DNA from: Chloroflexota bacterium
Lineage (GTDB): Bacteria > Chloroflexota > Limnocylindria > Limnocylindrales > CSP1-4
Length of the DNA stretch: 64,000 nucleotides
Reading direction: 5' to 3'
Assembly: GCA_044506615.1 (NCBI GenBank)
Contig: JBIQKJ010000001.1
Location: 218,434 to 282,433 of the forward strand
Shown: positions 30,292 to 39,344 of the stretch, one piece after another
Numbering within the stretch: the first letter of the stretch is position 1
Layout: every line of letters starts with the position of its first letter
Position numbers and translations under genes: made by a program
The notes under the pieces: model-generated
What the model saw: the letters and a program-made list of their open reading frames with translations, nothing else
What the model was told of the DNA's origin: nothing
Databases searched by the model: none

Positions 30292-30537
30292 CTACTCCTC
30301 GGTCGGTGCCTGGCGGTCAGCGTCGTCGGCGCGACGCTCGCCGCCCTGGGCCGGCGGCGTCCAGGCATGGTCGGCGTAGCGCAGCTGGCGCTGCTGAAGG
30401 TCGGTCAGGCGGTCCTGCTCGGCGCGGGCGAGCTCGAGCTCGTAGGCGCGCTCGTCGGCCTCGACCTCGGCCGGGGTGGCGGGCGGTCCGGAGGCGCGGT
30501 CGTCCCTCCCGCCCAGGAGCCGTTTGAGGAAGCCCAT
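30292..30537 (-). CDS. Hypothetical protein (81 aa)
   Basis: MGFLKRLLGG N-terminus. TACGAT upstream; codon bias fits a real gene. Confidence 0.65.
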   Translation of the reverse strand: MGFLKRLLGGRDDRASGPPATPAEVEADERAYELELARAEQDRLTDLQQRQLRYADHAWTPPAQGGERRADDADRQAPTEE

Positions 30538-30582
30538 CGCGCGGCCATCGTACCGGAGCCGCCCACGGGTCAGGCGTCCGTC

Positions 30583-30695
30583 ATTCCCCACGGTTCATCG
30601 AGTTCAGGCTCAGCGAGCGTGACCCCCAGTCGATTCATGCAGGATCGGTCGACGGTCGAGCATGCTGATGGCGAATCCCATTCCACGTGCGGAAT
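30583..30695 (+). repeat. 113-bp imperfect palindromic element, copy 2
   Basis: ATTCCCCAC...GTGCGGAAT; inverted relative to 29209-29321. Confidence 0.85.
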
Positions 30696-30758
30696 ACAAG
30701 GGGCGGAACGAACCGCCCGGGCCGGCCCGAACCGACCCGCTGCTAGAATCCCGCGGTC

Positions 30759-32027
30759 ATGCCTGCCCGTCCCTCGCTCGTCGTCCAGAAGTTCGGCGGT
30801 TCGTCGCTCGCGGACGCCGACCGGATCAAGCGCGTCGCCCGCCGCATCGCCCGTGAGCGGGCCGCCGGCCACGACCTCGTGGTCGTCGTCTCGGCGATGG
30901 GCGACACGACCGACGAGCTGCTCGGCCTGGCCGCCGCGATCACCGACGACCCCGACTTGCGCGAGCTCGACATGCTGCTCGCGACGGGCGAGCACCAGAG
31001 CGCCACGCTCGTGTCGATGGCGCTCCACGCGCTCGGCGTCCCGGCGATCTCGCTGACCGGTCCCCAGGCCGGGATCACGACCGACGGCCGCTACGGCCGG
31101 GCGCGCATCGCCGACATCGAGCCGCGTCGCGTGCGCCAGGAGCTCGACAACGGCAAGGTCGTGATCGTCGCCGGCTTCCAGGGCCTCGCTGCCGACGCCT
31201 CCCTCGATGCCGAGATCACCACGCTCGGCCGTGGCGGGAGCGATACCACCGCGGTCGCCCTCGCCGCCCGGCTGCAAGCCGACCGCTGCCAGATCTTCAC
31301 GGACGTCCGCGGCATCTACACCGCGGACCCGCGGCTCGTCGCCTCGGCCCGTCAGCTGCCGATCGTCGGTTACGAGGAGATGCTCGAGCTCGCCCACCAG
31401 GGCGCCCAGGTCATGCAGACCCGCGCGGTCGAGCTCGGCTGGGTCAACGACGTCGTCATCGAGGTCCTCAGCTCGTTCGAGGACGCCCCCGGCACGCTCA
31501 TCACGGAGGACCCGCTCGTGGAACAGCGCAACAAGGTTCGCGGGCTGGCCCACGACCGGAACGTCGCGAAGCTGACGCTGGTCGAGGTGCCGGACCACCC
31601 CGGCGTCGCGGCGCAGGTCTTCGAGCCGCTCGCGGACGCCGGCATCAACGTCGACATGATCGTCCAGAACGTCGGCCACCACGGCGCGACCGACCTGTCG
31701 TTCACGATCCCGCAGGTCGAGCTCGCCCGCGCCAAGCGCCTGCTCGAGCCGATCGTGCGCGACCTCGGCTTCCGCGAGCTCACGACCGACACCGCGGTGG
31801 CCAAGGTCTCGATCGTCGGGGCCGGGATCCAGAACGCACCGGGCTACGCGGCACGGATGTTCCGGACCCTGGCCGAAGCGGAGGTGAACATCGAGATGAT
31901 CTCGACCTCCGAGATCCGGATCACGACGATCATCGCCGAGGACGCGCTCGAAACCGCGCTTCGCGCGCTCCACGCGGCGTTCGAGCTCGAGCGCCCCGAG
32001 GCCATCGAAGCCGCAGCGGCCGGCTGA
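30759..32027 (+). CDS. lysC: Aspartate kinase
   Basis: VQKFGGSS, VSAMGDTTD and LGRGGSD motifs; two ACT domains. Confidence 0.95.
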   Translation: MPARPSLVVQKFGGSSLADADRIKRVARRIARERAAGHDLVVVVSAMGDTTDELLGLAAAITDDPDLRELDMLLATGEHQSATLVSMALHALGVPAISLTGPQAGITTDGRYGRARIADIEPRRVRQELDNGKVVIVAGFQGLAADASLDAEITTLGRGGSDTTAVALAARLQADRCQIFTDVRGIYTADPRLVASARQLPIVGYEEMLELAHQGAQVMQTRAVELGWVNDVVIEVLSSFEDAPGTLITEDPLVEQRNKVRGLAHDRNVAKLTLVEVPDHPGVAAQVFEPLADAGINVDMIVQNVGHHGATDLSFTIPQVELARAKRLLEPIVRDLGFRELTTDTAVAKVSIVGAGIQNAPGYAARMFRTLAEAEVNIEMISTSEIRITTIIAEDALETALRALHAAFELERPEAIEAAAAG

Positions 32028-32037
32028 CCGGGCCGTC

Positions 32038-32931
32038 GTGACCGACGCATTCCTCGCCCGCCAGGAGCGCTTCGACGCCGTCGGCTCGACCAACGACGTC
32101 GTGCGGGCCTGGCTCGACGCGGGCACGCCCGAGGTGTGCCTCGCCGTCGCCGACGAGCAGACCGCGGGCCGCGGGCGCGCCGGCCGCACCTGGACCGCGC
32201 CGCCCGGCGCGGCGCTCCTGATGTCGCTGGGGTTCCGGCCGGGGTGGCTCGCTCCGGATCGCGTGTGGCGCCTTGCCGCCACGGTCTCGCTGGCGATGGC
32301 CGACGCGGCGGAGGAGGTCGCGGGACTGCCCGACGGGATGATCCGTCTGAAGTGGCCGAACGACCTCGTCGTGGAGACAGTCGGCGAGGCCGTCGTCAAG
32401 CTGAGCGACGCCGACGCGGTCACGGCGGCGAGCCACCTGACGTCGGCGTCCGACGTCCGCAAGCTCGCCGGCGTCCTCGGCGAGTCCGACGGGCTGGGCA
32501 CGGACGACCCGCGCGTGATCGTCGGGATCGGCATCAACGCCGACTGGCAGGAACGCGACTTCCCGCGGGAGCTGGCCGGCACGATGACGTCTCTGCGCGA
32601 GGCGTCGCGCGGGCGGCCCATCGATCGCGCGCTGCTGCTCGACGGGTTCCTCTCGCGGCTCGAGGTCCGCGTCGAGGCGCTGCGCGGGGGCCGCTTCGAC
32701 ATCGCCGACTGGACCGCCCGCCAGCTCACGACCGGCCGGCAGGTGACGCTCGAGACACCGGCCGGGGATGCGGAGAGCGTCCTGGCGCTCGGCGTCGACG
32801 CGCTGTCCGGCGCCCTCGTCGTGGCCGATCCGGCCGCCGCGAGCGGTGAGCGGCCCGTCCACGCCGGCGAGGTCCGCCACGTCCGACTGGCCCCGGCCGG
32901 CGAGCCGACCGCTGCCGCGGGCGGGGTGTAA
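32038..32931 (+). CDS. birA: Biotin-protein ligase (no HTH)
   Basis: STN, QTAGRGRAGRTW, KWPND, KLAGVL and GIGIN motifs. Confidence 0.92.
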   Translation: MTDAFLARQERFDAVGSTNDVVRAWLDAGTPEVCLAVADEQTAGRGRAGRTWTAPPGAALLMSLGFRPGWLAPDRVWRLAATVSLAMADAAEEVAGLPDGMIRLKWPNDLVVETVGEAVVKLSDADAVTAASHLTSASDVRKLAGVLGESDGLGTDDPRVIVGIGINADWQERDFPRELAGTMTSLREASRGRPIDRALLLDGFLSRLEVRVEALRGGRFDIADWTARQLTTGRQVTLETPAGDAESVLALGVDALSGALVVADPAAASGERPVHAGEVRHVRLAPAGEPTAAAGGV

Positions 32932-32935
32932 CACG

Positions 32936-33565
32936 ATGGCCCGGCGCGCGTTGTGGAAGGCGGACCGGTCGGCGGAGCCGCGTGCCCCCCGCATCGCGCA
33001 CCTCGACCGGGACCGCGCGCTCGTCCACGCCGCCCAGGCGGACCCGGCCCGGTTCGAGGCCCTGTACCGGAAGTACCTCGCCCAGGTGTACAGCTACGCG
33101 TACTACGAGCTCCGCGATCACCATGACGCCGAGGACGTGACCGAGCGCACGTTCGTCGCGGCACTCACGAACCTCCACCGCTTCGAGGAGCGCGCGCGGC
33201 CCGAGGATGGGCAGGGCGCCTCGACGTTCCGCGTCTGGCTCTTCCGGATCGCGCGCAACGCGGTGGCGGACCGTCGCCGCGCGACGCGACGCCGGAACGA
33301 GGCCCCGCTCGAGGCCGCGGCGACCGTCTCGACCCCCGACGATGTCGCCGCGACCGTCGTGCGGCGGGACGAGGCCGGCGCGGCGTGGCGGGCGGTCGAT
33401 CGCCTGCGCGGCGATCGGCGTCGGGCGGTGGTGCTCCGCTTCGTGGACGAGCTGTCGACCGCCGAGATCGCCGGCATCCTCGGCCGCTCCGAAGGCGCCG
33501 TTCGGGTCCTGATCCACCGGGCGCTGCGATCGGTGGCGCGCGACCTCGCCGACGACGGCCGGTGA
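32936..33565 (+). CDS. ECF sigma-70 factor
   Basis: DAEDVT, FRVWLFRIARN and region 4 'EIAGILGRSEGAVRVLIHRA'. Confidence 0.9.
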   Translation: MARRALWKADRSAEPRAPRIAHLDRDRALVHAAQADPARFEALYRKYLAQVYSYAYYELRDHHDAEDVTERTFVAALTNLHRFEERARPEDGQGASTFRVWLFRIARNAVADRRRATRRRNEAPLEAAATVSTPDDVAATVVRRDEAGAAWRAVDRLRGDRRRAVVLRFVDELSTAEIAGILGRSEGAVRVLIHRALRSVARDLADDGR

Positions 33566-34071
33566 GCGACGGGTTCGGCGTCCGGCCCGGCGAGGAGATC
33601 GAGGCGCTCGTCGTCGATCGCTACCTCGAATCGCTGCTGGCGCGTGCCGCCGAGGATCCCGCCGTCGAGCGTCGAGCCGGGCGGGTGCGGGCGGACCTGC
33701 GTACTGCCGCCGAGCGCCTGACGGCCGAGCTGCCGAGGCTCCACCCGTCGTTCCGCTTCGAGGAGCGGCTCGCGCTCCGACTCGCCGACGTCGCGGCGTC
33801 GCTGCGCGTGCCGGTCGCGGCGGGCGGCGACGTCGTGGTCGCCTTCGACCGGGCGTCCCCGTCGGATGACGCGCTGTTCGCCGACCTGGCGTCCCACGAC
33901 CCGGAGGCCGACGACCGGCCGGAGCTCGTCCGACCGCTGCTGATCGGCGGCGCGCTCACGTCGGCGGCCCTGTCGCTGGCGGGCGCGGCCTACGTCGCGT
34001 GGCGCCGGACCCACCCCGGCTCTCCGATGGCCCGGGCGGTCCGGGCGGTCGCCCGCGGGAGGCTCGCCTGA
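33562..34071 (+). CDS. Putative membrane-anchored anti-sigma factor
   Basis: GTGA overlap with the sigma gene; PSFRFEERL motif; one C-terminal TM helix. Confidence 0.55.
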   Translation: MSDGFGVRPGEEIEALVVDRYLESLLARAAEDPAVERRAGRVRADLRTAAERLTAELPRLHPSFRFEERLALRLADVAASLRVPVAAGGDVVVAFDRASPSDDALFADLASHDPEADDRPELVRPLLIGGALTSAALSLAGAAYVAWRRTHPGSPMARAVRAVARGRLA

Positions 34072-36002
34072 TGCCGCCGATCAAGCTGCCGTCGTTCCGC
34101 TCGCGCCGGAACGTCTACCCGCCCGATCTGTGGACGAAGTGCCCGTCGTGCGAGGAGATGCTGTTCAACAAGCAGCTCGACAAGGCGCTCCGGGTGTGCC
34201 CGGCGTGCGGCCACCACTTCCGGCTGACCGCGGCGGCCCGCATCGAGCAGCTCGTCGACCACGGCTCGTGGCACGAGCGTGACGGCGGCCTCCAATCGGT
34301 CGACGCCCTCGGGTTCGTCGACCAGAAGCCCTACCCGGATCGGCTCGCCGCCGCCCAGACCGCGACCGGCCTCCGGGACGCCGCGGTGTGGGGGACGGCC
34401 GCGATCGAGCGCACGGACGTCGCTCTGGTCGTGATGGACTTCGGGTTCATGGGCGGCTCGATGGGCGCGGTCGTCGGCGAGAAGGTCACCCGTGCCGCCG
34501 AGCATGCCCTGGCCGCCCGTCAGCCGCTCGTGGTCGTCGCGTCCTCGGGCGGCGCCCGGATGCAGGAGGGGACGCTCGCGCTCATGCAGCTGGCGAAGAC
34601 GCTCGCCGCGCTCGAGCGGTTGCGTGCGGCCGGCGTCCCGTACGTCAGCGTGCTAAGCGACCCGACGACCGGCGGCGTGTTCGCCTCGTTTGCCGCGGTG
34701 GGCGACGTGAACGTCGCCGAGCCGAACGCGCTCATCGGGTTCGCGGGCGCGCGGGTCTCGGCCGGCACGATCGCCCAGGAGCTGCCGCCGGGGTTCCAGC
34801 GCTCCGAGTTCCTGTTCAGCCACGGCTTCGTCGACCGGGTCGTGCCGCGCCACGAGCTGCGTGGCGAGCTCGGCCGGCTGCTGCGCCTCCTCCGGCCGGC
34901 GCCGGCCGGACTGCTCCTCGTCGAGGACGATCCGCTCGCCGGCGGCATCGCCCCGGGCTTCCGGCCGCTGTCGTTCCTCGCCGACCTCGCCGATCGGGTG
35001 GCCGAGGCGGGCTCGAACGGCACGGGACCGCTGGCCGAATCCGAGGAGGCGGGCGACCCCCGGGCCGCCGTCTGGGCTCGCGTCCAACTTGCCCGCAACC
35101 TGCGCCGCCCCCGGACGCTCGAGTTCGTCGAGGCGATGACCGAGGACTTCGTCGAGCTGCACGGCGACCGGCTGTTCGGCGACGACGCCGCGATGGTCGC
35201 GGGTCTTGCCCGGCTCGACGGCCGGGTGGTCGCGGTGGTCGGGCAGCAGAAGGGCGCCGACACCGACGAGAACATCCGGCGCAACTTCGGCATGCCGCAT
35301 CCCGAGGGCTACCGGAAGGCGATGCGGATCATGGAGCTCGCGGAGCGCTTCCGGCTGCCGGTCGTCACGTTCGTCGACGTCCCGGGCGCCCACCCGGGCG
35401 CCGAGTCCGAGGAGCGCGGGATCGCCGAGGCGATCGCCCGGTCCGTCGCGCTGATGACGCGCCTGCGCACGCCGATCGTCGCGGTGATCACCGGCGAAGG
35501 CGGCTCGGGCGGCGCGCTCGCGATCGCGGTCGGGGACATCGTGGTCGCGCTCGAGAACGCGGTCTACTCCGTCATCAGCCCCGAGGGCTGCGCGTCGATC
35601 CTGTGGCGCACCGCCGACGAGGCCTCGACGGCCGCGCTCGCGATGCGCATGACCGCCGCCGACCAGCAGGCACTCGGGGTGATCGACGTCGTCGTCCCCG
35701 AGCCGCCCGAGGGTGCCCACGCGGACGTTCCCGAGACCGCTCGCCGGTTGAAGGCGATCCTGGTCAACCGGCTCGGCGCCCTCGAGGCGGTCCCGATCGA
35801 CGACCTCCTCGAGGCTCGCTACCGACGGTACCGGGAGCTCGGGCCGTACACTGAGGTCGAGACGCCGACCGCCGCGCCCCCGTCCCCGCGAAGCCTCGCC
35901 GATCGGCTGCGCGAGCTGCTCGGGCCCGGCCGGTGGTCGGTCCCGGTCCCCGCCGGCGTGCGTCGGTCCCGGGACGAGCCGCCCGCTCACGAGGAGGTCT
36001 AG
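34071..36002 (+). CDS. accDA: Fused acetyl-CoA carboxylase carboxyltransferase beta+alpha (AccDA)
   Basis: WTKCPSC...CPAC zinc finger and GGARMQEG (AccD), then ELHGDR, NFGMPHPEGYRKA and GEGGSGGAL (AccA), all in one ORF. Confidence 0.93.
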   Translation: MPPIKLPSFRSRRNVYPPDLWTKCPSCEEMLFNKQLDKALRVCPACGHHFRLTAAARIEQLVDHGSWHERDGGLQSVDALGFVDQKPYPDRLAAAQTATGLRDAAVWGTAAIERTDVALVVMDFGFMGGSMGAVVGEKVTRAAEHALAARQPLVVVASSGGARMQEGTLALMQLAKTLAALERLRAAGVPYVSVLSDPTTGGVFASFAAVGDVNVAEPNALIGFAGARVSAGTIAQELPPGFQRSEFLFSHGFVDRVVPRHELRGELGRLLRLLRPAPAGLLLVEDDPLAGGIAPGFRPLSFLADLADRVAEAGSNGTGPLAESEEAGDPRAAVWARVQLARNLRRPRTLEFVEAMTEDFVELHGDRLFGDDAAMVAGLARLDGRVVAVVGQQKGADTDENIRRNFGMPHPEGYRKAMRIMELAERFRLPVVTFVDVPGAHPGAESEERGIAEAIARSVALMTRLRTPIVAVITGEGGSGGALAIAVGDIVVALENAVYSVISPEGCASILWRTADEASTAALAMRMTAADQQALGVIDVVVPEPPEGAHADVPETARRLKAILVNRLGALEAVPIDDLLEARYRRYRELGPYTEVETPTAAPPSPRSLADRLRELLGPGRWSVPVPAGVRRSRDEPPAHEEV

Positions 36003-36005
36003 CGC

Positions 36006-36650
36006 GTGGCAGAACCGCTCCAGCCGGACGTGCCCTCGGGCGACGCGCTGCCCGGGCGCGAGCCGGACCGCGCTGCGGACCACGACGCCATCGATCGGCT
36101 GGCGGAGGAGCTGCTGCCGGCGCTGATCGCGAAGCTCTCGGCGACCGGGCTCGGCGAGCTCGAGGTGCGCCAGGGCGGGTGGCGGGTGCGGCTCCGGCGA
36201 CCGGCCGACGCAGCGTCCCGTGAGCGACGACCGCACGCCGGCCCGCGGAGCCAGCCCGGGCACGCCGGGCACGGGCACGGCCCGGTCCCGGTGGAAGGCC
36301 ACCGGCCTGCGCGCCCGGCGGTCGCAGCGACGAACGGCGCCTCCCCGGGGGCGCACACCGCGGTGGGGCCCGGCCGGCCCGACGGCCACGATCGCTCCGG
36401 CCCGGCCTATGCGACCTCGCCGGCGGTTGGGGTCTTCCGGGTAGCGTCCGGCCTGTCGGCCGGGAACCGCGTCCGGGCCGGCGACCGCCTCGGCGCCGTC
36501 GACATGCTCGGCGTCGCGCAGGAGGTCGTCGCCCCCTGCGACGGGATCGTCGGCGAGCAGGTCGTCGAGTCGGGCGACGCGGTCGAGTACGGACAGGAGC
36601 TCATCGCGATCGAGTTCGCGGCCGCGCCGAGCGCTCACGGGGAGAGCTGA
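36006..36650 (+). CDS. BCCP-like protein lacking the biotinylation lysine (BADC-like)
   Basis: AccB-like N-terminus and biotinyl-domain motifs (SPAVG, GDAVEYGQEL), but EAMK is replaced by DMLG. Confidence 0.85.
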   Translation: MAEPLQPDVPSGDALPGREPDRAADHDAIDRLAEELLPALIAKLSATGLGELEVRQGGWRVRLRRPADAASRERRPHAGPRSQPGHAGHGHGPVPVEGHRPARPAVAATNGASPGAHTAVGPGRPDGHDRSGPAYATSPAVGVFRVASGLSAGNRVRAGDRLGAVDMLGVAQEVVAPCDGIVGEQVVESGDAVEYGQELIAIEFAAAPSAHGES

Positions 36651-38017
36651 TGTTCCGCAAGATCCTCATCGCGAACCGGGGCGAGATCGCGCTCCGCATC
36701 CTCCGGGCGTGTCGTGCCCTCGGGATCGAGTCGGTCGTCGTCTACAGCGAGGCGGATCGGGAATCGCTGCCGGTCCAGCTCGCCGACGAGGCGATCTGCA
36801 TCGGCCCGGCCGACGCACGTCGGTCGTACCTTTCGGCGCCGGCGGTCATCTCGGCCGCGCTCGTCGCCGACTGTGACGCCATCCATCCCGGGTACGGCTT
36901 CCTGTCCGAGGACGAGGGCTTCGCCGAGATCGCGGCGGCGCACGGGCTGACGTTCATCGGCCCGCCTGCCAACGTCCTCGAGCGCTTCGCGAGCAAGGAA
37001 TCCACGCGGCGACTCCTCGCGGAGCACGGCCTCCCGACGATCCCCGGCTCGGACGGGAACCTCCGGGACGACCTCCATGCGCTCGGCGAGGCCGAGCGCA
37101 TCGGCTACCCCGTGCTGATCAAGCCGTCCGCGGGCGGCGGCGGCAAGGGCATGCGGATGGTGCGGACGCCGCGCGAGCTCGAGTCGGCGCTCAAGGTCTG
37201 CCGGTCGGAGGCGAAAGCGGCGTTCGGCGACGACTCGCTGTACCTCGAGAAGTGGCTCGACGAGAACCGCCACGTCGAGGTGCAGGTCGCGGTCGACCGG
37301 TACGGGCACGGCGTCCACCTCGGCGAGCGCGACTGCTCCGTCCAGCGCCGGCACCAGAAGATCATCGAGGAGGCCCCCACGCCAGCGCTCGGGCCCGCGG
37401 CCCGCGAGGACCTCGCCGAGCGTGCGATCCGGGCGATCGTCGCGGCGGGCTACGAGAACGTCGGCACCCTCGAGTTCCTCGTCGATCGCGACGACCAGCC
37501 GTACTTCATCGAGATCAACTGCCGGATCCAGGTGGAGCACCCGGTGACCGAGATGCTGACCGGCATCGACCTGGTCGAGACCCAGATCCGGATCGCGGCC
37601 GGCGAGCCGCTCGGGTTCTCGCAGGCCGACGTCGAGTTCCGCGGCCACGCCATCGAGTTCCGCATCAACGCCGAGGACCCGGAGCACGAATTCCGGCCGG
37701 CATCGGGCGTCGTCGAGCGGTTCCACGTCCCGGGCGGGCCGGGGCTGCGCATGGACACGCACCTGTACGCGGGCTACGAGGTGCCGCCGTACTACGACTC
37801 GCTTCTCGGCAAGCTGATCGTCTGGGGCCCGGACCGTGCGGCCGCGATCGCCCGGAGCCGGGTCGCGCTCGCGGAGCTCCAGGTCGACGGCCTCGTGACG
37901 AACGTCGCGATCCATCGCGCGCTCCTCGAGAACGAGGCGTTCCTCGAGGGCCACATGACGACGAACCTGCTCGACCGCGTCGGCAGCGCGGCCTTCCTGG
38001 CCGCAGCGGCCCGGTGA
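36650..38017 (+). CDS. accC: Biotin carboxylase
   Basis: ANRGEIA, HPGYGFLSE, GGGGKGM, ERDCSVQRRHQK and RIQVEH motifs. Confidence 0.96.
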   Translation: MFRKILIANRGEIALRILRACRALGIESVVVYSEADRESLPVQLADEAICIGPADARRSYLSAPAVISAALVADCDAIHPGYGFLSEDEGFAEIAAAHGLTFIGPPANVLERFASKESTRRLLAEHGLPTIPGSDGNLRDDLHALGEAERIGYPVLIKPSAGGGGKGMRMVRTPRELESALKVCRSEAKAAFGDDSLYLEKWLDENRHVEVQVAVDRYGHGVHLGERDCSVQRRHQKIIEEAPTPALGPAAREDLAERAIRAIVAAGYENVGTLEFLVDRDDQPYFIEINCRIQVEHPVTEMLTGIDLVETQIRIAAGEPLGFSQADVEFRGHAIEFRINAEDPEHEFRPASGVVERFHVPGGPGLRMDTHLYAGYEVPPYYDSLLGKLIVWGPDRAAAIARSRVALAELQVDGLVTNVAIHRALLENEAFLEGHMTTNLLDRVGSAAFLAAAAR

Positions 38018-38108
38018 GGCGGCTGGGAGCGCGCCGCGTGGGTGCAGACCTGCACCGACCGGGTCGCGTGCCCGCCGTTCGACAGGCGACACTGGAAGCC
38101 CACCCCGC

Positions 38109-38576
38109 ATGGAGCCGTTCGTGACCGACGCCATCCACTCGACCTCGGAGATCGAGGGTCTCATCCCGCACCGCTGGCCGTTCCTGCTCGTCGATCGGAT
38201 CGTCGAATACGACCCGGAGGGGAAGCGGATCGTCGGTCTCAAGGGCGTGACCGCGACCGAGTGGTTCTTCCAGGGCCACTTCCCGGGCCTGCCGGTCATG
38301 CCGGGCGTGCTGCAGGTCGAGGCGCTCGCTCAGACGATGGCTGTCTACGTCGCGAAGCAGGAGGGGTTCGGCGACCGCATCGGGCTGTTCGCGGGGATCG
38401 ACGACCTCCGGTTCAAGCGGGTCGTCGTGCCGGGCGACACGCTCCGGCTCGAGGTGACGATGGAGAAGCTCGGCTCGCGCTTCGGGCGCGGGCGCGGCGT
38501 CGCGACCGTCGACGGCGAGGTCGCCTGCGAAGGTCTCCTCTCCTTCATCATCCCGCCCGCGGGGGTCCTCCGATGA
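38109..38576 (+). CDS. fabZ: 3-hydroxyacyl-ACP dehydratase
   Basis: IPHRWPFLLVD and GHFPGLPVMPGVLQVEALAQ. Confidence 0.95.
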   Translation: MEPFVTDAIHSTSEIEGLIPHRWPFLLVDRIVEYDPEGKRIVGLKGVTATEWFFQGHFPGLPVMPGVLQVEALAQTMAVYVAKQEGFGDRIGLFAGIDDLRFKRVVVPGDTLRLEVTMEKLGSRFGRGRGVATVDGEVACEGLLSFIIPPAGVLR

Positions 38577-39319
38577 CCCGGATCGCGGTCTTCTCGGACG
38601 TCCACGGCAACGTCGCCGCGCTCGAGGCGGTCCGACGCGCGGTCGACGCCGCCCGTCCCGACGCCGTGCTCGTCGCGGGCGACCACGTGCTCAACGGCCC
38701 CGAGCCCGCCGCAGCGGTCGACGCGCTCCGCGAGCTCGAGGCCGCGGGCGCGCTCGTTGTCCAGGGCAACACCGACATCGCGGTGGCGGACTTCGACTAC
38801 GCCGCCGCGTTCCCCTGGTTCAGCGACGGGGTGCCGGACTCCTTCGTGGCCGCGGCGGAGTGGGCGCACGACGCGCTCGGCGACGAGCGGGTCGACTGGC
38901 TCCGCCGGCTGCCCGCCGAGCGACGGCTGCGCACCGCGGACGACACGCTCGTGCTGGTCTGCCACGCGTCGCCCGGCTCGCAGACGGCGGGCTTCGACCA
39001 GGCGCTCGATCCGACCGTCACGATCGAGCGCGTGGCGCGGACCGACGCCCGCGTGATCCTGTGCGGCCACACGCACCTCCCCGAGGTCCGCGATCTCGGC
39101 TGGAAGGTCATCGTGAACGGCGGCTCCGCAGGCTACGTCTTCGACGGCGATCCGACCGCGTCCTGGGCGCTGGTCGACATCGTCGACGGCGAGGTCACGG
39201 CCGAGATCAAGCGCACGTCGTTCGACGCGCTCGCCGTCGCGAACGCGATCTCCGCACGGGGGCTGCCCGGCGACGTGTACCGGGCCGCGACGGTCCGCAC
39301 GGGAAAGCTCGTCCGATGA
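38573..39319 (+). CDS. Metallophosphoesterase (calcineurin-like)
   Basis: SDVHGN, GD, GNTD, HASP, GHTH and NGGS motifs. Confidence 0.88.
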   Translation: MTRIAVFSDVHGNVAALEAVRRAVDAARPDAVLVAGDHVLNGPEPAAAVDALRELEAAGALVVQGNTDIAVADFDYAAAFPWFSDGVPDSFVAAAEWAHDALGDERVDWLRRLPAERRLRTADDTLVLVCHASPGSQTAGFDQALDPTVTIERVARTDARVILCGHTHLPEVRDLGWKVIVNGGSAGYVFDGDPTASWALVDIVDGEVTAEIKRTSFDALAVANAISARGLPGDVYRAATVRTGKLVR

Positions 39320-39344
39320 GGGGGGTCGCGTGGAGGGAGGCGGC

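Noticed and set aside
30540-30758. Lysine riboswitch upstream of lysC
   Set aside because: No L-box consensus; the -10 is 9 nt from the ATG, and the region is explained by the 113-bp repeat.
36006-36650. Pseudogene or lipoyl-carrier reading of the BCCP-like ORF
   Set aside because: The frame is intact, coupled to accC and keeps its structural motifs; it has no lysine for lipoylation either.
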